Of a DNA stretch of 64,000 bases, positions 34,655 through 46,273 are shown in pieces. The stretch is from Batkoa obscura (lineage: Eukaryota). Below the pieces are notes generated by a model. It saw only the letters and a program-made list of their open reading frames with translations, was not told where the DNA came from and made no database searches. A program made the translations under genes and the position numbers. The DNA lies in assembly GCA_030770535.1 (NCBI GenBank), contig JASVEC010000021.1:620001-684000 (forward strand), written 5' to 3'. Position 1 is the first letter of the stretch, and each line of letters opens with the position of its first letter.

Positions 34655-34750
34655 TAGGAATGTATTTTTAAGTCTTTTTTTACTAACAATCTTTCCACTC
34701 AAATAACACTTAAAATATAAAAAGTGATGAAGCCAAAAAAACATCACCAT
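34655..34750 (-). mobile_element. ~100 bp MITE copy (degenerate)
   Basis: GGAATGTATTTTT...TACTAACAATCTTTCCACTCAAATAACACTTAAAA...GAAGCCAAAAAAACATCACCAT. Confidence 0.75.
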
Positions 34751-34923
34751 TTATTTATACCTGATTCTCAATATTTCAAAAGTTTAGTAAAACATAATAT
34801 GGTATTATGACATAAAACTTGCTTATTTTATTAATATAAAAAACATGTGGCAAAGAGCAGAATAAAGGTATTAATGTTTAGCTGCTAATGAAACGGCTAG
34901 TTAATAGTGTGCCCAAATATATT

Positions 34924-35553
34924 TCAATCTTTATTTTGGTTAACCGCAGGGTTACGATTTTCCTTTTGGTTCCTAGGATGTCTATAATTTTCTTTTTGAT
35001 TCATTGTGTATCTATTATTTCCCTTTTGTCTACTAGGTGGCATAGACGCAGGTACAAAAGTAGCAGGGTTATAAGTTCCTAGGCCTTGATAAAATATTTG
35101 TGATCCATCCGTGTTATGGTCTTTTTCATAATAACCAGTAATTGGGTTATAGACAAAACTTCCAGAGTTAGTCTCGTCCACCCCTGATAAGCCCACAGAG
35201 CCATTGTTGTCATAAATAGTATTAAAGACGCTTGTTTTTATAAATCGTCCTCGATGATTTTTTGGTCCTCTACCTGATGGGCGTGATTTATTACGGTCGC
35301 CTTTTTTCTTTCTGAAGTTTTGTAATTCGTTATTATCTCCCTTCGTCACTTTGGAAGCTTCAGTTGGACATTGAATTATTGTTCTGGTTTGAATAATTGG
35401 TTTTTGAATTTCGACGCTAGCTCCAGTGCCCTCTGGGCGAAGGTAACTGGCTGTCACTGTGGTGAGTTTGGTGGTTGTAGTACATGGTGGACTAGCACTC
35501 GATAATACATTTGTTATTAAAATAAAAGCAAGCAATTTGTAAAAGTGGCTCAT
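34924..35553 (-). CDS. Hypothetical secreted protein, ~209 aa
   Basis: ATG at 35553, hydrophobic leader MSHFYKLLAFILITNVLSSA, GC content above the flanks; no family recognised. Confidence 0.6.
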   Translation of the reverse strand: MSHFYKLLAFILITNVLSSASPPCTTTTKLTTVTASYLRPEGTGASVEIQKPIIQTRTIIQCPTEASKVTKGDNNELQNFRKKKGDRNKSRPSGRGPKNHRGRFIKTSVFNTIYDNNGSVGLSGVDETNSGSFVYNPITGYYEKDHNTDGSQIFYQGLGTYNPATFVPASMPPSRQKGNNRYTMNQKENYRHPRNQKENRNPAVNQNKD

Positions 35554-37147
35554 CAATAACCACTTCAATAGATAAAAAGATATAAATAAAAGACAGAGTT
35601 AGATGAATGCTTTAATATAAATAGTTTTTTTAATAGGAATAAACAATTTATTTTTAGTGACCTGCAATTGCTTTTTTAAGACGATTTTCACCATATTTTT
35701 TAATAAATAGGTGAGCATTTGGGATTTATTTTAAAGTTTATTTATTAACAATATTAAAACTTAGCTTATTTATGTAGATTTCCTAATTAAACTAACAAAA
35801 CTTGATACAAATTGGATGGATTATGTTTTATAGTTAGTTCTTTTGTATTTTATATATTATATTTTATTAATGTTCAATAAAATGCTCTTTAGACAGCTTA
35901 TGTTAATAAAGTTAGTTAAATTGATGCTTTAAAGTTAGAACGCCCATAGTTTAAATATATCATATGTATGCTATAAACATTTGCTTCATAGTTATACATT
36001 GTATATTTATATTAAGTAGTTGTATATAAATACTTGTTCCGATAATTGAACTTTCTATCAATTTGAAACATTTTGGTCATTAATCATACTATAATCTATT
36101 TTAAATAGATTATATAATTCTAATTTTATTAAAGTGGGATTCCGATTTAAGTTTTAGTTCCAGTTATTTTTGTTTTACTATTAAATTAGGTTTTCTTATC
36201 ATAGTATACCCTAGTTGGAATACTATTTTAGAAAGAGAGAGAAAACCCAAGTATAAGAATTTAAAAAAGCTTTCGAAGCAACTTATATTTTTCAATAACT
36301 AGATGTGGTGTAATTGGTTCACAATATCAAAAGTAACCTTTAATACGACATTTTATATATTGATCTAAAGGGTAATCAAATATAAAATGTAATCAATTGA
36401 AAAGTTTTAATTGGGTTTATTTCATATTGTTTTAATATTTCTATTTAATAAGTGACATTTACTAGAAATAGAAGGAGTTTTTACTACTTTTAATAGCTCA
36501 AATGTGTTTCTTATTATTCTAAATGGTCGCTTCACTATTGCTTCATACTGCTTCGGACCTGGTGGCAAATGGGCGATAACAACTATAAATAGATAGCAGT
36601 AACAATGTTTTAAATAATTCAAATAATTCTCCTATTATTAAAAATAGTCACTTTATCATTATTTTATACTATTTTAAAACTGGTGATTAAAGTGTGAGAG
36701 CCACTAAAAATCAGATACAATGTGACTGGTTTTGACTATTTAAACATTTTTTATTTGACTTTTATCAAACCTATTGAAGCAAGCATGCAAATAAGCTTGC
36801 TCCTATTGTTTTCAATAATCTACTTTAAGTTAAAGTGAAATATATAAATGATTTATTAAATAAAATCGATAATATCTGTAGATTTGTATGTTCTTTATGC
36901 TAAATAAAGGTATTAATATTATATTGTGGTCTTATGAGTATACTAGTTTAACAAGTTGCGTTCTTATTAGCTATTTAATGGTATGGAATATATCCCACTT
37001 GACTATGCTTGATAAAAGTTATCAAAATTACTAAAAAACGGTAGATTTACCCAAAACAAGTCTCATTTAATTTGCTACTCTTTTTAATTAAATTTCGATA
37101 GCAATTGGCTATTTTTAAAAAAAAACTTTTTTTTAATTTTTTTTAAA

Positions 37148-37937
37148 ATGAACTCTCCAACCGAATCACAAATTGATGCAGAAGGTAAATTATTCAAGCA
37201 TTTCAAGAATATATTAATGATCATAGAGGAAAGGTGGGATGATTGGGAAAGTGATGAAGATATAAAGAAATGCTTATTCTGTGAAATGGAGGAGGTAAAC
37301 ATTACTAAGTTGTTTGAGCATTTTAAACAAGAGCACGGCTTCGATTTTTTAAAGTTAAAAAAGGAGAAAAGTAATTCGTCAATTCTTGATTTTATATTTG
37401 GGTCTAATTTATATAGATTTGGATTTTTATAACTCCTTAAAATTATTTAACTTTTTAAGAGAAAAGGTAGTTCATTATTTGTTATTGTTTTAATTCTGAT
37501 TGATTTTATTTATTCAGCAAGTAAATAATGAAGTATTTGAGCTTGGTAATTTGGATTGGGGTGTTATACAAGATGAAAAATATTTAATTCCAGCTATGGA
37601 CGATGACGCTCTATTATATGGTATTTTTTGGAATGTTAAAGTAACTCGTAATTAATAGCATTTTTAGAATTTGAAGACATATTAGAAGACTCAGACGATA
37701 CTGGGAATGAAGCGGAAGTAGACAATGAAACAGGTACTGCTAAAGTAATTTATTTTGTTTAGTAATAATTTAATACTCTTAGCACAAGAAAAGGAGATCA
37801 ATAGATTAAAAAAAGAGGTTGAAGAGTTAAAAAGACAGCTTGGGGAGAAAGAAGAACAGTTTGAACAATTTCGTAATTTTGTTAAGGATCAGTTTTTAAT
37901 CCCATTGAAAAAAGAAATTGCTAATGTCACTTTATAA
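37148..37937 (+). CDS. PRMT3/Rmt3-type C2H2 zinc-finger protein with no methyltransferase domain, 6 exons
   Basis: Exons 37148-37184, 37227-37370, 37417-37466, 37518-37620, 37668-37733, 37783-37937. They give WDDWESD..CLFC..LFEHFKQEHGFDF..LDFYNSLKLFNFLR..DEKYLIPAMDDDALLY, then a coiled coil and TAA. Confidence 0.8.
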
Positions 37938-38281
37938 TAATTGATATGCAGGTTTTCTATAGAATAATTACTCCTCTTTATGTATAAATTTAGTTTATAT
38001 TATTTTTTAATTTTATTTCCTAACTTTTTTATTTCATTTAAATTGATTGATTGCAAAATATACGTTTATGATTTAACTCAAGGAGAGTAGATTGTTGGAA
38101 AGTCACAATATGAATCATAAAAGTAACTATTTTTTAAAATAATAGAATAACTGATATATGTAAATATTTTTTTTCAATTCATTATTGTATGATTTTTTTG
38201 TTTATAATTTTAAAGCATTTTTGATTAATTTCGTAGCAAAAAAACATGGTCATAGAAATTCACTTTTTTAATTAAGTAACA

Positions 38282-38385
38282 AATGGGGATGTTTTTTTTT
38301 ATTTCATTACTTTTTCTATTTTTTAAGCACTATTTGAGTGAAAAGATCGTTAGTAAAATTCTTAAACAAAAAAATACATCCCTAA
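38282..38385 (+). mobile_element. ~100 bp MITE copy
   Basis: ATGGGGATGTTTTTTT...AAAAATACATCCCT with family core. Confidence 0.85.
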
Positions 38386-38890
38386 ATGATTAAAACTAAT
38401 GAAATTTAAAAATAGCTATCTTTACTAAATAGCTGATTTTTCAAAATGTATTTTATATCTCAAATGGTATACAATTTTTAATATCACTCACTATTTTCAA
38501 TTATTTTAACTGTTAATTAAATTTAATTTATATGTATTCCCAAATTTGGTAACCCTGAACTTTGAAAATGCAAATCAGTAATCAGATCAATAAATATAAA
38601 AGTTAAAATGCTTGTTTTTTAAAGGACTATTAGTTATGGACTTTCATCTAAATTACTAGTACTGAAAATTTTGGTACTTTTTATATTGAAGCATGATTTA
38701 AAGCTCAATTTACACAGTTGTAAATTTATAAATGATATTGATAAAAAACAAAGTACAACTGAGGTTCTTAATTAAAACAAATGGACTATATACCAAAACT
38801 ATCAAGTTAAGGCTAAAATAGTTAGGGTCAAGCTACTCTGGAGTTAAGGCTGGGATTGGTTTTGCGTTTATTTAATTTTTAAAATAAAAT

Positions 38891-39402
38891 TTGATAGATT
38901 TTTACATATGGTCTAGGATTGAGGTACATAGTAGCTTTTGTTCTCATTATTTAAGAAATTATTTTAAAGCTAGAGAGATTCTGACAAGGGTACTAGAAAA
39001 TCCAAAGTATAAGAGCTATACCTTACATAACACCGGTTGTAGTTTAGGAGCGGCAGTGGCCACGATTTTGATGCCAGATAAGGTAAAGTTTATGAAAGCT
39101 AAGGGTAATAGTCGTCTGGTCCAAGCGTTTGTTTATGGTTTTTCAAGGCTTCTAACTTATAGTTTTTAAAGTATTTTTCAAGCTTTGATACTAAGATATG
39201 AAGGTACAGTAGAACTAGTGATATTGTTTATTATGTATCTATAATGGGATTTGGGTATACTTACATGTTACCATAAACTTGTTATAAAAAGATTAATATT
39301 ATAATGGAGCTTATTTTTTGTGAGTAAAGCTTTGATGATGATTCAAAGTGTAGCATCACCCAGGAACCAGATTTCCTTTTAGGCTTATATCTTCATATTT
39401 GA
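38891..39402 (+). pseudogene. Class 3 (Rhizomucor-type) lipase pseudogene
   Basis: VHSSF, TGCSLGAAVA (GHSLG equivalent), FVYGFSR, then after a frameshift I*RYSRTSDIV....GFGYTY...*...CE*SFDDDSKCS...LHI. Several stops and no intact 5' end. Confidence 0.8.
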
Positions 39403-41150
39403 TTAATCGTTTCCCATACGTCTTTATTATTGATTTCATTAAAATTCAGACTTTATGGCTGTGTATAAAAGTAAAACTATTTTCAATTTAATAAATACAA
39501 CTTACGATTAAATCTTATGATTATGATGATTATCGGCTTCGGCTTAATGCTGATTCAAACTTTGATATATAGTACAATGAATATTATTTAGGTCTAGTAT
39601 CCTAAAATATCTATAAAACGATTCAAAATAAATATGGGTGTTATGGCTATTAGGGTATGATTTTGCCTGAAACTTTAAAAGTTACTTTCACTTAAAACTA
39701 ATTACTTTAGTATAAAGCTTTGATTTTCAATTTATGCAATCTTTCAAGAAGTTTAAATATTGTAGCCACTTAATGAATTCGGATATATATTTTTTATATA
39801 CTCGTAGTAATTAGCAACCTATATAATGTTTTTATACATAAAAAACGTAATAGAATCTTTTATATTCTAGCATTTATCATATAACCTTTTTAAAATATAT
39901 GGTGTATAAAGAATGGACAATTAAATGAAACCAAAAAGCACATTCTAATGTCCTTGATAAATAATGATACACTTGAATTGTGACTAATTTTTATATGTTT
40001 ATAATCTAAATCCACAAATTAGTCATTAACGTTGGCTTGTGCAAAATCCTAATAACTATTAGTATATCTTATTTGTACACTAAGGATCTATCTACTAAAA
40101 TGTGATTATAAAGCTTTGTCCATACCTTGTAATACTAGACTAATAAACAAAGCATAATTTACTAGAATTCTTGATATCGTAGTATTAAATTTAAAAGTAA
40201 ATCTAATGACCAGAAGTGACAAGATTATCACTAAAATTACCGCATTAGTAGAGTTCTCCATCACGGAAAAATAGATACGAAGTGGAAGTTAAATTGACTT
40301 TGAAAGTTATACATATATTCAAACCAAAAGCTTGAATTTTCCATAAAGCTTTTGAATTCTTATTCTACTTTTTCTTAATGGGGTATAATATATTAATTTT
40401 TAGTACAAATAACTATCACTTTATTTTCAATATATTCACTTAGTGGCTACTATCAGGCAAATCTTTGCTAATACCTCGTTATGAAAAGCCCCGTGTTTCT
40501 GTGTGATGAGATGATTAATATATTAGCCAGTTTGTGAAAAATTCGGGTTCCTCGACTGAAACGTAATAGTAATAAGTTATTCAAATAAAGTTCAGTTGCA
40601 TAACAGAGTTGATTAATTATTAGCCTATTTTGAGGCTTACCGAAGTTGAGTAAAATTAAATATTATTTTTATGGTGTAAGTAAAACAGGAATTTCAAGCG
40701 GAGGTCGGTTCAACTTAAAAAGCGATTAGGAAATATAAAAATTAACTATTTATTGTTTATAAAGCTTGTTTTTATTCTGAAGTTGAATATTAAATAAAGC
40801 TATTGGTTTAAAAGATAAAATAATAACCGCTAGCCCGATACTGAATCTATAACCATAAGCCTTAGAATAAAGTTCACGATTTAAAAACAAGTTTTTGAAC
40901 TTTAATCCAGCTATAAAAAAAGGTATGTCAAAAATGGAAGTTTAAAGCTTACTTGATTAAGAGTTTCAAAATAGTGTAAATAGTGAATAAGTGACTGTTG
41001 ATAGTATTTTATTAGATTGGAGTTGTGGGGAACTGCTGACAGAACGTACTTTCCAAATAAAGAAAGTATCTAGTCATAACGATATTTATAGGAAATATTG
41101 GTGTAAGGTTATATAAATAGACTTCAAGATAGCCGAAACAAAAAAATAAA

Positions 41151-41648
41151 ATGGGTGATAAACATTGCATTCAAGCTTGTGACTACTGTAAGTTAAGGAG
41201 ACGAAGGTGTATTAAGATGGGATTGAAATGTCAGCATTGTATAGATGAAGCAAAAGAATGCACTTATTTCAAAAAAAATAACAAACGGGGGAGAACAGGT
41301 AGCAGATTCAAAGCCAAAATTCATGAGTTAGAAAATGGTCACTCCACTGATGGAGAAAATAGATTTGTCAACTTTGATGTTAGTAATATACATCTGTTAT
41401 ACGAGCAAGATGAAGGATTTGAAGACACAAATGTATCCAAAGAATTTATAACACCAACTATAGCTTCAAATGTAACACTACCAATAGATGTTGTTCTTTA
41501 CTCATCCCCTTTATCTGCGCCGCAGGTTGCTAGCAATGTTTTTCCTCTCTGTGATCATTTCTCATATTATATGGATGGATATTCTTTAGAATATTCTAAT
41601 GTAAATTTTTGTGCTGTTCCTCCTTCTTATGGCTCATACTGGTCTTGA
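41151..41648 (+). CDS. Short Zn(II)2Cys6 protein, 165 aa
   Basis: ACDYCKLRRRRC......CQHC......CTY..NNKRGR; TATATAAA at ~41110. Confidence 0.85.
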   Translation: MGDKHCIQACDYCKLRRRRCIKMGLKCQHCIDEAKECTYFKKNNKRGRTGSRFKAKIHELENGHSTDGENRFVNFDVSNIHLLYEQDEGFEDTNVSKEFITPTIASNVTLPIDVVLYSSPLSAPQVASNVFPLCDHFSYYMDGYSLEYSNVNFCAVPPSYGSYWS

Positions 41649-43879
41649 GTACTATACAACTAATAAATAACTTATAACTTTACCATATTTTTAATAATTG
41701 TCTCATTGAATTTTCCTTATATATAGTTTTAATTTATTATTACTATTAATGTATTCGTGGCTTTGATTTATTATCATATTCTTGACTTTAATCAATGTTT
41801 AAAGGTTATAACTAATAATTTATTATATTTGGCGTTTGATTTGATAATAAACATTTGCCAACTTCACATTCAATACTGTTTAAAGCATGAAGTATTAATT
41901 AATAGAATACTAATGAGGTAATTGGGCTATAGATATATTGGGTAAAAAGATAGTCTATTTGTATTATTTATTTATTCTATTAATTAAGATCTATTGCAGT
42001 TTACTATTTAAGTTAATTATTCCCAAAGGGAATTAGCGATGATAATAAAACGAAATAAAGCTTAGTGCTTTCAAGTTGTTAGCTTCAATATCAATACACG
42101 CAACTCTTTATGATGTTATGGTTTGATTAGTGAAATCGACGCTGCTCTTAGATACCTTGATGATTTCTCTTCAAAGCGCATCATTGTTAATATTATAGTC
42201 CCGATTTATGGATATTAACTATTTACATTACTAAAATTTAAAGCTTTATAACATTAAATTCATTTAATTAAACTTGATTTTGAAATGGTAAACAAAATAA
42301 TACATTTCTATGAATATAAGAATCAATAATCAAAATGAAAATATTGTCTCTAAAAGTAACTTTTAAAAGCTGAACTTTCAAGTTAAACTCTACCTTGGTT
42401 TAAAGGATAATAATAAATTAAACTTTTTAGAACAAATGCTCGGGTTTTCAAAAGTAATAACCTAAATTTGGAATTAAAGTGGCACCAATTTAAAGAGTAG
42501 TTATAATAACATTTTAAAAATAATATTCTTTTATGCAATAATAGTTTGATTAGCTTTCAGTGAATCAAGAGTTAAAACATAAATCAATAAACACATTACT
42601 TAAAACCAGTTATTCAAGCTTTAGAATAACAATAATATATAAAAATTTTAATTATTATAAATAAATAAAGAAACGTTAGATATATTAATAAGTTAAATTT
42701 GAAAACCTTAGTATATGTATTTATTTTTTTTATTAGATTAAAAAAGTATTAACAAGTATATGTCTTTTTGGTTTCCTTTTGTATCTATTTTTATACAGTG
42801 AAAAAGCTAAATAATGCTTTCACTCCAATGTACCTTCCGATAGCTTTGACCAACTTCTCTTGACATTTCCTTCTTTCTTACTCTCACCTTAACCTTTATC
42901 ATAGTAACGAGGTATTGATAATTCGTTACACCCGTATAAATTATCCTTTAATAATCAAAGTGCTACTTTTGTTTAGATAAAAAAATATTTTCAAGAAAGG
43001 TGTGTTTTATTTCACACTTGAGCAGAACCGTACAAACTAGATTACTTAGATATTAAGTATAATTTACTCAAATCAAAAGCCGAATAAGCTAGAATCAGAT
43101 GATTTCCTACTTTTCAAATAGTTCCTGCTCATTGATCTCCTACTGCTCCTCATCCATTAATCTATTAATGTAATAGATTAAATTCCAAATAATTTTTATC
43201 TTTAATAGTAAAACACTTGGAAGCTTCACTCTTTTGAGGTTTAACAAAATTAGTCAATTTGGAACTGTTTAGGTTCAAATGTGTGCTAGTCAACCACTTA
43301 TTTAAGAATATGAATTTAAACTTTAAATCAGCATGACAATACAAATTAGTGGTTATAAAAATGACAGCTATACGTATTACACTTGAATTTAAATAGATAT
43401 CTTAAATACTGCAATAAACATGCTCTCAGGCTTATGAGAAAAAAAGAATATGTTATTGGAAAAAGTTTAAAATAACACAAATATTAAAATATTAAATTAC
43501 ATTACAGCATTAACGATTTGAGCAATTTGTACCAAGTTTAAATAGAGTGATATACCGTAAAGATCATAGTCTAATTTTCATACTTTAACTTTGTTTATCA
43601 GCTTTTAAACGTTTTATCATATAAACTTAATTTTATGCTAACATTGTATAGCATCGTAGTATAATTCTTCGCTTGAGTAGTTTATTTAAAACTTTTAAAG
43701 AACTAAAAAGTTATCAAATAGCTTATCTCTAAAAAAAGAAGTATTATTAAAGAAAAGATAGAAGGAAAGGTAGAGTCGTAGTATAATAGAATGTTGATAT
43801 TTAAATAGTGTTATGATTTTTTCTCACATGAAAATATATTAAAAAAAAATGTTAAATTGAAGCCAAGTTTTGGACATAG

Positions 43880-44090
43880 CCAATAAAACCCGAGTGTTTG
43901 AGTTGGTAAAGTTATATTAAAGTTGATTGACTTTATTTAGACAAGCATAATAGCGTTTGAAACATGCTAATTAAATATGCGAGTTTTAATTGGGTAAAGA
44001 AAATTGATTCTAACGACTATACCAATCACAGGATAACTCTCCTGGGTTGCGAGATTTCATTGGTTAATTTCATAAAGCGACTCTACCAAT
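43880..44090. promoter_or_regulatory. Cluster of five CCAAT boxes upstream of the LisH gene
   Basis: CCAAT at 43880, 44022, 44086 and ATTGG at 43989, 44059. Confidence 0.45.
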
Positions 44091-44410
44091 CATTTTCAAA
44101 CAATTATTTTTGGGAAGAAATTATGACTTTTTAACATATAATCACATTTAATTTGTGGATTTTAAGGAGTTTTTTGGCATTAAATGTTATTTTATTAGTA
44201 GATTAAAATCAGATTATTAAAATTCAATATAATTAATTTGCCCATTTTTTCAAATCTTTCCTTATTTTAAAGCTGCAAAATTAGGGGGTGCTTAGCTATA
44301 AAAGATTTTATTTTGTTTTTTCTATTCAAAGTTTAATTTCAATCTAGTAATTTACTGTTTATTAGCATTTTTGTCTTTAAGCGCCACTTTAATAAACACT
44401 TGGTTCGAAG

Positions 44411-46273
44411 ATGAAAACTTACACAAATCCTATTCCGCTTATTGAAGACCCAGACAAGGCACTTGCCACCTTTATATATGATTATCTCATCAAAAAAAAT
44501 CATGTAAGTGCCGCAGCTGCTTTTATTGTCGAAGCACAGATTGCTGCTAAAGAAGTTGCTGAGGGCGGTGTTATCTTTTTACAAGATTGGTTCGAGCCTT
44601 TTTGGGTTATGTATCTTGATAGTCGTACCCAGACTGACAATAAAGATGTAAGAGTGAGGAAGTTGGTTGACGATATTTTATCAAACGAACCTTCAATTGA
44701 AAAACTTAAAGCCAATAAGGTCAAAGATGAATTTCCTAACGGTGGAAGCGACCTTACTCACCAACAAGCTCCTCCCAAGCAGCAAAATGGTAGACCTGAT
44801 CAACAAATCGTCAAGGATGAACAAGGCTATACAATTCCTCAAAACCCTCCTCCAGGTGCCACACCAAAAAATGGTAATGCTAATAAGACACCAAGAAATC
44901 CTCAAGGATCAGCTACCCCATCAACCCAAAACAATGTTGGCACTCCAGCTCGTCCTCAAACTATTTCAATCCCACCTAATAATTTTCCAATTCAAGCTTG
45001 GCCAGGTAATGGCCCTAATGGACCAGGGGCAAGTCAAAATGGCCCACCTCATCCTAATCAAAATCCAATGGGAACTCCCGGACAAAACATGCCAAATAAC
45101 CTACAAGTAATGCAAGGCACTCCACAGGTAATGCAACCCAATCAGGGGAACCCACAAATGATGCAACCAAATCAAGGTAATCCACAAATGATGCAACCAA
45201 ATCAAGTCAATCCAGCCTTATTGGCAAACATGTCACGTCCCAATACTATGATGGCGAACAACCCTGCTTTGATGCGTAACCTTCAAGGACAGATGCATGC
45301 TTTCCAACAGCAACAATTTGTAGCCCAGCAAAACTTTCAGCGTCAAATTGGAATTAATAGCAATGGACAGCTTATGGTTAATCCAAGGATGATGCGTCCT
45401 TATGCTCAAGGTAATCAAAACATGCAAACCCGTAATAACATGCAAATTCAGCAAGCTGCTTTTGTAGAGCATCACAAACAGGCTCAAGCAATGAAGGCCC
45501 AAAATTCTCAGAATACTCCTGGGCAAGGACCCAATTCTGCTTCAGCCCCAATAGACCCCAATCAAATGTCTAGTCTCCAGCAAATGCAACAAATGAACGC
45601 TTTAATGCAACAAAATATGATGCACCAGGCAATGCAACAACAGGGTATGAGTCAACAGCAGGTAATGCAGCACCAGCAGATGAATCAGGCAATGCAACAA
45701 CATATGGGACCAAATGGAATGCAAAACCCTATGCAACAAGGTAATATGAATTTTAATCCAAACCAAAGCCAAGCCCCAAATCAAGGCTCAAATCAAGGCT
45801 CAAATCAAGGCTCAAATCAAACTCAAGCTAAAGTTAGCGCCACTCCTCAAGTTCAAATGCAATCACAATCAGGGGATACTAATAAGATTGTGGATTTGGA
45901 TAGTAATAGCATTAACTTTGAAAGTATGTTTATGGAGCTTAATACAAACACTCCAAATGGTGGTAACCAAGGTAACACTACTAGTATTCATGCAACCCCA
46001 CAACAAATCCAACCACGTACCAGTGATAAAAAAGCTTCACCACCAACCAGTAATGGATCTAAAGTCGACAAAGTATCATTTGAATCATATATTAATGATG
46101 GAGACTATACTTTTAATTTTGATAATGCTCTTTCAGGTCTTGAGGCCCACACTAGTCCTCCCAAAACATCTGGGATCTCAGCAGCCTCTGGTCTTAATGA
46201 AGATGACCTTACTGGTTCCCTTGAATCTATTATGGGAATGGACCCATTTGGACATTCTGAGTATTTTTCGTAA
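44411..46273 (+). CDS. LisH/LUFS-domain Gln-rich transcriptional regulator (Flo8/Mss11/Som1/SSDP-like)
   Basis: LATFIYDYLIKK....AAAAF..EA and FLQDWFEPFWVMY, followed by a long Q/N/P/M low-complexity region with QMMQPNQGNP x3 and NQGS x3 repeats. Confidence 0.85.
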   Translation: MKTYTNPIPLIEDPDKALATFIYDYLIKKNHVSAAAAFIVEAQIAAKEVAEGGVIFLQDWFEPFWVMYLDSRTQTDNKDVRVRKLVDDILSNEPSIEKLKANKVKDEFPNGGSDLTHQQAPPKQQNGRPDQQIVKDEQGYTIPQNPPPGATPKNGNANKTPRNPQGSATPSTQNNVGTPARPQTISIPPNNFPIQAWPGNGPNGPGASQNGPPHPNQNPMGTPGQNMPNNLQVMQGTPQVMQPNQGNPQMMQPNQGNPQMMQPNQVNPALLANMSRPNTMMANNPALMRNLQGQMHAFQQQQFVAQQNFQRQIGINSNGQLMVNPRMMRPYAQGNQNMQTRNNMQIQQAAFVEHHKQAQAMKAQNSQNTPGQGPNSASAPIDPNQMSSLQQMQQMNALMQQNMMHQAMQQQGMSQQQVMQHQQMNQAMQQHMGPNGMQNPMQQGNMNFNPNQSQAPNQGSNQGSNQGSNQTQAKVSATPQVQMQSQSGDTNKIVDLDSNSINFESMFMELNTNTPNGGNQGNTTSIHATPQQIQPRTSDKKASPPTSNGSKVDKVSFESYINDGDYTFNFDNALSGLEAHTSPPKTSGISAASGLNEDDLTGSLESIMGMDPFGHSEYFS

